From Acidobacteriota bacterium (GTDB lineage Bacteria; Acidobacteriota; Thermoanaerobaculia; Multivoradales; Multivoraceae), in NCBI GenBank assembly GCA_028877275.1, contig JAPPFP010000030.1, positions 19,402 to 83,401 on the forward strand: a DNA stretch of 64,000 nucleotides. The letters run 5' to 3'. The first letter of the stretch is position 1. Every line of letters begins with the position of its first letter. A program made the position numbers and the translations under genes. The notes beneath the pieces were generated by a model. The model did no database searches and was not told the origin of the DNA. It saw only the letters and a program-made list of their open reading frames with translations. Shown here one piece after another: positions 23,768 to 31,757 of this stretch.

Positions 23768-24552
23768 GCGGATAGGGACTGTGACCAAGAATCGCATCCT
23801 GATCCACCGGTCCTGAGACGCGACCTTCGGATCGGAGCCTGAGAAGGGCGAAAGTCACGTTCGCGTGGTGGGCGCCCCTTGAAGGCGAAGGTTGGAGGGT
23901 CACGACTCGGAAGCCGGGCTCGGCGGCAGGAGCCGCTTGGAGTTCGGGGGACTCGGAGGCGCAAGCCGAAGGGAAACCAGGTTCCGAACAGCTCCAGTCA
24001 TCGAGTGGCTCCCGTGGCCGACAGTCTTCCCGGGAGCGGCGCCGAAGGGCGAAAGCCGGACGGAGGCGCAACTGGGAAGGCGGCTTCAGGGAAGCGGACG
24101 ACCGGAAGTTGCCCGGCAGCAACGGAAAGTCGACCGGTAACTGAAGTGCTTCCGTCGGTAGACCCTACGGGGGCTTCGTCGTGAGACCCGACCAGTCGAG
24201 CGACGGAGTGCCCCGCAGGCGTCAGGTCGGCAGAGGCCAGGCTTCGCGAGTCCCCGCGGCGGCGAGCCGCAGGGCGGCAGGCTCGGAGGCGCAAGCCAAG
24301 GAGTCGGTTGCCTGAGGCAAGACGCTGCGGACCGTTCGGCCGTCAAAGCCGAAGGGGCAACCGCAAGAGCGCAAGCTTGAGCGGAAGACCCGGAGGGGGA
24401 GACGAGCGAAAGGGAGACCCGGCTGGTGGCGCGCTCGCGCTCCAAGACCCATGCCCGCCAAGCTGTAGTGGTCCAGGAGATGCGAACGGAAGGGTGAGAG
24501 GCTGAGGTCGATTCGGGTGAAACTCCTGAAGCGGTCCCTATCCTCTTTTTTG
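23768..24552 (+). ncRNA. candidate large (~0.78 kb) highly structured non-coding RNA, family unknown
   Basis: No credible ORF. Own promoter. A 10-bp closing helix 23770-79/24534-43 is followed by a U-run. Multiple plus-strand GNRA and UNCG tetraloop hairpins, triplicated sequence modules and purine-rich composition. Boundaries are approximate. Confidence 0.6.
24534..24551 (+). terminator. 3' strand of the closing helix plus U-tract (possible intrinsic-type terminator of the ncRNA)
   Basis: GUCCCUAUCC followed by UCUUUUUU. The partner strand lies ~760 nt upstream, so this is not a classical local hairpin. Confidence 0.4.
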
Positions 24553-24832
24553 GCCCGCCGGAACCCTAGCACGGCGCGCCCGTAAGTGCAACTCCACCAG
24601 TAACTTACGGCGGCCGCTCGGGCACGCCGAGGCCTCCCGGCCCCGCGAACGGGCGCCTACCGGAACCCCGTCGCCGGCGACGGACGTCCGCCTGCCGGGC
24701 GCGCATCTCCGTGGTCAGAGAGCGGTCAGCCAAACGTCACGCATCGTCCGGAATGCTCCGAGCGTAGTGTTCCTTTAGAGTTATCGAAAACTCGGGAACC
24801 TCCGCCCCACGCAGTAGTCGAGAAGCCAGCCC

Positions 24833-25825
24833 ATGCAGCCCGGTAACGGCACGCCGCAAGACGCAGCGCCCAGGCGCGGCAGCGGCCGGGGCACCGCCAG
24901 CCGCCTGTCTCGCCGCCTGCGCTTCGGCGACTTCGAGTTCGACCCCCAGACACTCGAGCTGCACAACGACCGGGAGACGATCCGGCTCCAGCCCCAGCCC
25001 GCCAGGCTGCTTCACCTGCTGCTCGCCAGCCGCGGCGCCGTCGTATCGCGCGAGGCGGTTCGGCGTCACCTCTGGACCGACGAGATCCACGTCGAGTTCG
25101 ATCAGAGCATGAACTCCTGCGTCAAACGCATTCGAGCGGCGCTCGGGGACAGCGCGGAGGCTCCGCGCTACATCGAGACGCTGCCGCGAATCGGCTATCG
25201 ATTCCTGCAGCCCGTGATCGAGGTCCCGGACAGTGATCCGCCGCTCCAGGCACCGCGGCCCGCGCCGCCGGCCCCGAAACCCCTCCCGCGATCGCGACGA
25301 GTAGCGGCCGCGGTGCTCGCGGCCGTGGGCGCGGCTGTCGGGATCATCCTCACGGTCCTGGTCTGGCATTCACTGGATTCCCGGCCCGGCACCGCCGACG
25401 AGCCGCCGCGCCACGTACTGGCGATCCTGCCCTTCGCCGCCCTCGAGAACTCGGCGGGCGCCGAGCCCTTCCGCCAGGCCCTCGCCCAGGAGCTCATCAC
25501 GTCCCTCGCCCGCCACGGCTCGCAGAACCTCGCGGTCGTGGCCCAGAACGCCGGGCCCGACGTGGAGACCGGCGTGTCGGTGCCCGGCGTCCATGCCGAC
25601 TTCGTCCTCGACGGCCGCGTTCAGCGGGAACAGGGCCGGCTCCGGGTGTGGGCGCGGCTCCTGCTCGCGAAGGATGGCACCGTGCTGTGGACCGAGGCCT
25701 ACGATGGCGCCGAAGAGGAGATCCTGGTCTTCCAGACCGAGGTGAGCACGCGGATCGGCGACGCCGTCCTGGGCCGACTGGCGCAGCTCGTCGAGGAATC
25801 TCCGGCTCCGCACCGCCAGAGCTAG
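24833..25825 (+). CDS. ToxR/CadC-like membrane-anchored transcriptional regulator (OmpR-type winged helix + TM + periplasmic domain)
   Basis: 330 aa. LRFGDFEFDPQTLELHNDRETIRLQPQPARLLHLLL ... IETLPRIGYRF is the wHTH. One TM segment (VAAAVLAAVGAAVGIILTVLVW), then a C-terminal ILPFAALEN... domain. Confidence 0.75.
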   Translation: MQPGNGTPQDAAPRRGSGRGTASRLSRRLRFGDFEFDPQTLELHNDRETIRLQPQPARLLHLLLASRGAVVSREAVRRHLWTDEIHVEFDQSMNSCVKRIRAALGDSAEAPRYIETLPRIGYRFLQPVIEVPDSDPPLQAPRPAPPAPKPLPRSRRVAAAVLAAVGAAVGIILTVLVWHSLDSRPGTADEPPRHVLAILPFAALENSAGAEPFRQALAQELITSLARHGSQNLAVVAQNAGPDVETGVSVPGVHADFVLDGRVQREQGRLRVWARLLLAKDGTVLWTEAYDGAEEEILVFQTEVSTRIGDAVLGRLAQLVEESPAPHRQS

Positions 25826-26520
25826 GAATCCCGCCAGGAACCGGAGCGGCCCGGCAGGTCGACGGCGGCCGCCAGTTCACCGAGGAAACGCGTCCGCGGG
25901 ACTTCTTCGGCTCCAAGTCGCAGGAGGTGCTCGGTGACCTGCTGGCAATCGATGAACGCGAAACCCCAGCTCCGCAGACGGTCGACAAGGTGAACCAGGG
26001 CGACCTTGGAGGCGTTCGAATGCCGCGCGAACATCGACTCGCCGAAGAACACGCCGCCGACGGCGACCCCGTAGAGACCGCCGGCCAGCTCGCCATCCGC
26101 GAGACACTCGACCGAGTGAGCGAATCCCCGGCGGTGCAGGCGATCGAACGCATCGATCAGGGGCCGGGTGATCCAGGTGCCCGGCCTGCCCGGACGGTCC
26201 TCGGCGCAGGCGGTCATGACGTCCCGGAAACGCGCGTCGACCGTGACCTCGAAGCGGCCGTGCCGCAACTCCTTGCGAAGGCTCCGCGAAACCCGAAACC
26301 GCTCCGGATAGAGCACCAGACGCGGATCCGGCGAAAACCAGAGCATGGGCCCGTCGACGCCCAGGAGCGGCCAGGGGAAGATGCCCGCCCGGTAGGCGGC
26401 CAGCAGGCGCTCCGCTTCGAGGTCGCCGCCCACCGCCAGCAGGCCGCTCGGATCCGCGAGCTCCGGAGGCGGAAAGTCCACGCTCCGCTCGTCGAGCAGG
26501 AAGGGGCCCCGCCGGTTCAC
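25822..26520 (-). CDS. aat: leucyl/phenylalanyl-tRNA--protein transferase
   Basis: 232 aa. GLLAVGGDLEAERLLAAYRAGIFPW, WFSPDPRLVL, GGLYGVAVGGVFFGESMF ... NASKVAL. Confidence 0.88.
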   Translation of the reverse strand: MNRRGPFLLDERSVDFPPPELADPSGLLAVGGDLEAERLLAAYRAGIFPWPLLGVDGPMLWFSPDPRLVLYPERFRVSRSLRKELRHGRFEVTVDARFRDVMTACAEDRPGRPGTWITRPLIDAFDRLHRRGFAHSVECLADGELAGGLYGVAVGGVFFGESMFARHSNASKVALVHLVDRLRSWGFAFIDCQQVTEHLLRLGAEEVPRTRFLGELAAAVDLPGRSGSWRDS

Positions 26521-26530
26521 TGCCGGCAGG

Positions 26531-27595
26531 CTACACGTTGAAGCGGAAGTGAACGACCTCGCCGTCGCGCACCGGGTATCCCCGGCCCTCCAGGCGCAGC
26601 GTTCCGCGGTCCCGGCAGGCCGCCAGCGAGCCGGTGTCGATCAGCTCCCGCCAGTCGACGACTTCGGCGCGGATGAAGCCCCGCTCGATGTCCGAGTGAA
26701 CGGCCCCCGCCGCGGTTCCGGCCGTGTCGCCACGGCGAATGGTCCAGGCACGCACCTCGTCCTCGCCGACGGTGAAGAAGGAGATCAGCCCCAGGAGGCG
26801 GTAGCCCGCCCTCACCACCCGGACAGCGCTGGGCTCGTCCAGGCCCGCTTCGGCCAGGAAGGCGCCGCGGTCCTCCGGTTCGAGGCGCGAGATCTCTTCT
26901 TCAAGGGCGGCGCTGACGGCCAACACGTCGGCGCCCGGCGGAAGCTCGAGGCCGGCGGCTGCATCCCGGTCGCCCGCGACCTCTTCGTCGACGTTCAGCA
27001 CGATCAGCATCGGTTTCAGCGACAGCAGTCCATAGCCTCGCAACTGCTTCTCCTCCTCGTCGCCGAACTCCATCGACCGCAGGGACGTCTCCGCTTCGAG
27101 CGCGGGAAGAACACGCTCCGAGAGCAGGGCGCGCTCGCGCTTCTCCTGGTCGGTGAGGCCCCGCTTCTGGGCCTGGACCAGCCGTTCGAGCCTGCGCTCG
27201 ACCAGTTCGTAGTCCGCGAGGATCAGCTCCAGGTCGACCGCGGCGACATCACGGGCCGGGTCGACGCCGCCGGCCGGATGGACGAGTTCCGGATCCTCGA
27301 ATGCGCGCACGACGTGAACGAGCGCGTCCATCATTCGCAGCTCCGCCAGATCGAGGGTCTCGCCCCGGCCGCGGTCGATACCGGGGACGTCCACGAACCG
27401 CACCTGCGCCGGCACGCAGCGCCGCGGGCTGTAGAGCTCGCGGAGCCGCTCGAGGCGCGGGTCGTCGACGTGCGCGACGCCGAGGTTCGTCGTCCTGGAC
27501 GCCTTGAACTTGCCGGTTTCCTGGCGCGAAGCCGTCAGCGCGTTGAAGAGCGCCGTCTTGCCCGCCTTCGGCAGGCCGAGGATGCCGAGCTGCAT
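26531..27595 (-). CDS. ychF: redox-regulated ribosome-binding ATPase YchF
   Basis: 354 aa. MQLGILGLPKAGKTALFNALT, with a C-terminal TGS-like domain ending VVHFRFNV. Confidence 0.95.
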   Translation of the reverse strand: MQLGILGLPKAGKTALFNALTASRQETGKFKASRTTNLGVAHVDDPRLERLRELYSPRRCVPAQVRFVDVPGIDRGRGETLDLAELRMMDALVHVVRAFEDPELVHPAGGVDPARDVAAVDLELILADYELVERRLERLVQAQKRGLTDQEKRERALLSERVLPALEAETSLRSMEFGDEEEKQLRGYGLLSLKPMLIVLNVDEEVAGDRDAAAGLELPPGADVLAVSAALEEEISRLEPEDRGAFLAEAGLDEPSAVRVVRAGYRLLGLISFFTVGEDEVRAWTIRRGDTAGTAAGAVHSDIERGFIRAEVVDWRELIDTGSLAACRDRGTLRLEGRGYPVRDGEVVHFRFNV

Positions 27596-27607
27596 CCGCG
27601 GCGTCCT

Positions 27608-28786
27608 TCAGACGCCGGCGCCGAAGTTGGCGGCGAGAATGGCCAGGTCCTCGCCGTCGACCTCACCGCTGCCGTCGACATCGGCGTCGGCGTCGTAGCG
27701 CCGCGACCTCGCGCCGGCGCCGAACGCCAGGCCGAGGCGGACCAGATCCGAGCCGGCTACCCGTCCGTCGCCGTCCACGTCGCCCGGCGGCACGACCGCG
27801 CCGTAGACCGTGAAGCGCCCGAGCAGCCGGTTGTAGACGTTGCCGTTCAGGTCCCACGCGCGAAGGGTCATCGTGACCACGCCGCTCAAGGGGACGGGCG
27901 GCTTGTAGCTCCAGCGCAGGCGTCGTCCTTCCTCGTCCACGACAGGGGCCGGCGCGGGCGCGCCGCCGACCACGAGCCTCGCCGAACCTTCCACGATGTC
28001 GCTGCCGAAGTCCCTCATCTCCACTTCCACCGTGACTTCGGCCGGAACCTGACTCGCGCCGTGCGCCGGTGAGAGTCGAGTCGGAACGGGCGGCACGGTA
28101 TCCGTCGCCAGCAGGGCGTCGGCGAAGACCCTCGCCAGCAGGTCGTAGCCCGGTCCGTTCGGGTGACCCACAGGATCCTCCTCGCCGGCGTAGTAGTACT
28201 CCCGGAACAGCCGCGCCCGGGTACTGAACACCTCGAAAGGATCGACCAGATCGCGGCCGTGTTGGGCGGCCAGCCGACGGATCGCCTGCGCGAGGTCCTG
28301 GTTCCGCACGTTGTTCGGGTCGAACCGGGCATTCAGCAGGCGGGGAATCAACGTCGCGTGGTAGGGCGTCCGGCCGGCGTCCGCCGCCCGGGAGGCCATC
28401 CGGTCCAGGTTGAACAGGGTCGTCTCGGGCGAGATTCCGCGGCTGATGTCGTTCGTGCCTTCCATCAGCAGCAGGCAGTCGCCGGGCTCGGCGAGCACTC
28501 CGTCGATGCGCGCCAGTCCTTCCGGCGTCCGTTCGGCGCCGACGCCGCGGTTGTCGACGACCAGCCCGGGAACCAGTTCCTCCAGGCGCGGCGGGTAGCC
28601 GGGCGCCTCCCGCTCCGGATCGTCGCCCACGCCCGCCGTGATGCTGTCGCCGAACGCCTTGCAGCGGGTCGGCGTCTGTGCCGTTGCGCCCGCGGCGAGG
28701 ACGACCGCGATGGCAGTCGTTGCGGCGGCGAGCCGGAGCGCCCGCGGGGCGCTGCCAGGGGGCCCGATGAGGTAGTTACCGGCCAA
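27608..28786 (-). CDS. secreted SGNH/GDSL hydrolase with Ig-like middle region and C-terminal dockerin-type repeats
   Basis: 392 aa. Signal peptide, block I FGDSITAGVG, block III MEGTNDI. C-terminal DVDGDGRVAGSDLVRLGLAFG ... DVDGSGEVDGEDLAILAANFG forms paired Ca-binding dockerin-like repeats. Confidence 0.75.
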   Translation of the reverse strand: MAGNYLIGPPGSAPRALRLAAATTAIAVVLAAGATAQTPTRCKAFGDSITAGVGDDPEREAPGYPPRLEELVPGLVVDNRGVGAERTPEGLARIDGVLAEPGDCLLLMEGTNDISRGISPETTLFNLDRMASRAADAGRTPYHATLIPRLLNARFDPNNVRNQDLAQAIRRLAAQHGRDLVDPFEVFSTRARLFREYYYAGEEDPVGHPNGPGYDLLARVFADALLATDTVPPVPTRLSPAHGASQVPAEVTVEVEMRDFGSDIVEGSARLVVGGAPAPAPVVDEEGRRLRWSYKPPVPLSGVVTMTLRAWDLNGNVYNRLLGRFTVYGAVVPPGDVDGDGRVAGSDLVRLGLAFGAGARSRRYDADADVDGSGEVDGEDLAILAANFGAGV

Positions 28787-28871
28787 TGGGCGGCCATCCT
28801 ACAAGCGTCGGTTCGGACCGTTCGACGGGTTCCTTCCCCCTCTTATATGTGCTATTCTGCATGTTTTAATC

Positions 28872-30248
28872 ATGAGGCAAACCTTCGGTCTGGTTCTCGC
28901 CGCGGCGGTCGGAGTTCCCGCCGCTCTTTCGGCACAGGGCACGTCATACGTCCTGATCGGCGACAGCGACGCCTCCAGAGAGGTTCTGCTCAGCGTTCAC
29001 AACCCGACCGACCAGGCCCAGAGCTTCGACAGCCTCCCGATCGAGGCGGGAACCAACGGCGTCCATCGCTCGGCTGCTGCGACGCGCATCGACGTACCGG
29101 CCGGCCGCACGATGGTCTACTCCGATCTCGCCGGCGGCGGACCCGCCATGATCGAGCTGACGGCTCACGGGGAACTCACCTTCCAGGCCTATCTGATGCC
29201 CCTGGACTGGATGAGCAGTCGGGTCGGTCTGCGCCAGCAGATCCCGATCGTCGACTCGGAGAGCCTCATCCGCGGCGGTAACTGGGCCTACGTGAGCGGG
29301 CTGCGCCGCGACGTCAACGATCGCTCCGACTACGCGATCCTGAACCTCTCCCACTCGACGAACAGATGCGAGCACCGCGTCCGCAGCCACGAGGGCTACT
29401 GGACCCGGGAATCGAGCGTCCTGGATCACCCGCCCCTGTCGCTGACGTACGTGGCCGACGTGCTCGCGGTGGTCGGCGTGGAGCTCGGCGACCGCTACAC
29501 CATCTCGACCAACTGCGGCGACAGCTTCTACGTGGCGGCGCTTGTCTCGGACGACAGCGACGACAGGCTGACGGTGCTGGAACCGTCGCAGAGCGGCGTA
29601 TCCAGTCTGAGGCCGCCCGGATACGGCGAGCCGCCGGCGACACCCGACCCCGGGACGCCGGATCCGCCCCCTTCCGGCTGCACCCAGGGATGGGTCTGTG
29701 TCGACCTGAAGGGGACCTTCCACCGCGCCACAAACGCCCGGCCCAGCTACGAGACCAGGCTGAACACCCCGGCCGGCACGTACGGTCGCGTGGTCTTTCG
29801 CTTCAAGGTCCACCACGGCGGCTGGAACCGCGTGTCGTCCCGCAACCAGAACCTGTTCTGGCTGGCTCGCGAGAAACACGTCGACCTGTTCGGCTTCGGA
29901 GTCGCCAAGGGCCCCGGCGGCCCCCCCCAGGTCTTCTACCGCACGGACTGGGGCATCAATCACGTGAACAAGCAGCGGGTGGTGAAGCACTACCTGATGA
30001 AAGCCGGCCAGACCTACGACGTGAGGTACGACTTCGACGCCGCCGGCGGGCGCATCACGCTGACCCTGACCGACGCGAACGGTAACGAGGTCATGAGGTC
30101 GGAAGGGCAACCGAACATCTCCGAGATCCCGTTCGCCGAGGGCCAGCGGATCGCCGTCGGTTTCGGCTTCCGCGGCGAGCACGACAACGAGCCCGCGCAG
30201 CCCGGCTGGCGCTGGTCCGATCTGCACATCGAACTGCTGCCCAGGTAG
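28872..30248 (+). CDS. secreted hypothetical protein (two domains joined by a Pro-rich linker)
   Basis: 458 aa. Signal peptide (AALSAQG), linker PPGYGEPPATPDPGTPDPPPSG, beta-rich C-terminal domain. No family recognised. Confidence 0.6.
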   Translation: MRQTFGLVLAAAVGVPAALSAQGTSYVLIGDSDASREVLLSVHNPTDQAQSFDSLPIEAGTNGVHRSAAATRIDVPAGRTMVYSDLAGGGPAMIELTAHGELTFQAYLMPLDWMSSRVGLRQQIPIVDSESLIRGGNWAYVSGLRRDVNDRSDYAILNLSHSTNRCEHRVRSHEGYWTRESSVLDHPPLSLTYVADVLAVVGVELGDRYTISTNCGDSFYVAALVSDDSDDRLTVLEPSQSGVSSLRPPGYGEPPATPDPGTPDPPPSGCTQGWVCVDLKGTFHRATNARPSYETRLNTPAGTYGRVVFRFKVHHGGWNRVSSRNQNLFWLAREKHVDLFGFGVAKGPGGPPQVFYRTDWGINHVNKQRVVKHYLMKAGQTYDVRYDFDAAGGRITLTLTDANGNEVMRSEGQPNISEIPFAEGQRIAVGFGFRGEHDNEPAQPGWRWSDLHIELLPR

Positions 30249-30280
30249 CGCCGCCGCGGGGCCGCCATAAGGTTGCCGGC

Positions 30281-31753
30281 ATGAGGCGACGGTCGGCGGC
30301 CGGAAAGCGACTGGCGGCGGCGATCCTCGTGGCGGCCCTGTGGGCAGGCTGCGCCGAGGCGCCGCCGGTGCACCGCGGACCCATCGTGCTGATCACGATC
30401 GACGCGTTGCGCGCCGACCTCGTCGGCACCGGCCTGCTGCCGAACCTGGATGCTCTCGCGGCCGAAGCGGACTGGGCCGGCGCGGCGATCACGACGTCGA
30501 GCTGGACGGTGCCGTCCATGGCATCCCTGTTCACGGGCCGCCAGCCCTGGCGTCACGGCAGTTGGCACAGCGCCCGCGCCCACCTGCGCGACGACCTGCC
30601 GACCCTGCCCGAGCTCCTCCGTGAGCTCGGTTACGAGAACGCGGCCTTCCGTTCGAACAGTTGGCTCACCCAGACCTTCGGCTACGTCCGCGGCTTCGAC
30701 CGCTTCGGCCCGGTGAGCCGGATGGAACGGGTCGCGGAGGTCCTGGCGGCGCTCGACGGGGGACAGCAGTTCGTGTGGATGCACCTGCTGCCGCCGCACG
30801 CGCCCTACCTCCGTCACGCCCGCTACCTCGACCGCCTGGACGCGCCGCGCGACGACCTGCCGCAGCGACTCACGCCACTCGACATGCGGCCGTTCGCGGA
30901 CCCGGACCGGCCCCTCGATCCGGATCAGCGGGAAAGGGCCTGGCAGCTCTATCAACTGACCGCCGCCCACGCGGACAGCGAGGTCGGCCGGATGCTGGAC
31001 GCGCTGCGCGACAGCGGGCACTTCGACGAGGCCCTGATTGCCGTGACCTCCGACCACGGCGAGGAGTTCGGCGAGAACGGCCAGGTCCTGCACGGCAACA
31101 GCCTGCACCGCGTGCTGATCGAGGTGCCGCTGATCGTCAAGCTGCCGGCGGACTGGCCCCGCCCGATCGAACCCGGCGTGACGGTGGCCAACCACCGCCT
31201 GTTCTCCACGCTGATCGAGGCCGCCGGCGGCACGCCGCCGCCCGGCAGTCCGCCGAGCCTGTTCGAGCCAAGCGCGGACGGCGCCCTGTCCGAGCTCTAC
31301 CTGGGCAATGGCGTGAACCGGATGTCCCTGGTCGAAGGGGACAGCCAGCTCCTGTGGACCAGCCGCTTCGCGCCCGCGGAGGAGCGCTACTACGACGCGA
31401 TGCTGGCGCTCGCGGGCGGTGAGCCTCCGTCGCCGCTGCCGGAGGCGCCGGAGGAGCTGACGGCTCGCCTCGAGCGGGAGTTCGAGGACGCGCCGCCGCT
31501 CATGGGGGCGCCCGGAACGCGGCCCGGGCTCAACGCCTTCGAGTGGGGCGCCGACGGCACGGTCGAGCCGGGCGCCGTGGAAGACGACTTCGCGCGCCGG
31601 TTGCAGGATCGCTGGCAGGCGGAGAACGGTTCCGACCTGGCAGCCCGGCTCGCCGAGCGCGGCGAGCCGGAGATCAGTCCGGAAGAGATGGAACGACTCC
31701 GCGCGCTGGGCTACGTCGTGACGTCACGCAAGCCGGCGCCGGACGGCGAGTAG
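30281..31753 (+). CDS. lipoprotein of the sulfatase/alkaline-phosphatase superfamily (Thr at the nucleophile position)
   Basis: 490 aa. LWAGC lipobox-like signal, VLITIDALRADL, SSWTVPSMASLFTG (T where sulfatases carry C/S), VTSDHGEEFGENG. Confidence 0.75.
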   Translation: MRRRSAAGKRLAAAILVAALWAGCAEAPPVHRGPIVLITIDALRADLVGTGLLPNLDALAAEADWAGAAITTSSWTVPSMASLFTGRQPWRHGSWHSARAHLRDDLPTLPELLRELGYENAAFRSNSWLTQTFGYVRGFDRFGPVSRMERVAEVLAALDGGQQFVWMHLLPPHAPYLRHARYLDRLDAPRDDLPQRLTPLDMRPFADPDRPLDPDQRERAWQLYQLTAAHADSEVGRMLDALRDSGHFDEALIAVTSDHGEEFGENGQVLHGNSLHRVLIEVPLIVKLPADWPRPIEPGVTVANHRLFSTLIEAAGGTPPPGSPPSLFEPSADGALSELYLGNGVNRMSLVEGDSQLLWTSRFAPAEERYYDAMLALAGGEPPSPLPEAPEELTARLEREFEDAPPLMGAPGTRPGLNAFEWGADGTVEPGAVEDDFARRLQDRWQAENGSDLAARLAERGEPEISPEEMERLRALGYVVTSRKPAPDGE

Positions 31754-31757
31754 GGCG

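Noticed and set aside
23768-24552. Identification of the large RNA as RNase P RNA, tmRNA, a group I/II intron or an rRNA fragment
   Set aside because: It lacks the RNase P GGAAAGUCCGG and ACAGAACCCGGCUUA-type boxes. It has no tRNA-like 3' end or tag ORF for tmRNA. It has no group II domain V-like hairpin or intron-encoded protein. It has no similarity to rRNA that I can recognise. Its length is also about twice that of RNase P or tmRNA.
23572-24572. Short ORFs of 65-130 aa in several frames and both strands inside the tRNA-Phe/ToxR-like gap
   Set aside because: No frame dominates. The products are Arg/Pro/Ser/Gly-rich with no motifs, SD sequences or plausible starts. The region is better explained as structured RNA.
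23472-24832. Genomic island or prophage remnant integrated at tRNA-Phe
   Set aside because: There is no integrase, no phage or transposon genes, and no direct repeat of the tRNA-Phe 3' end further along the gap.
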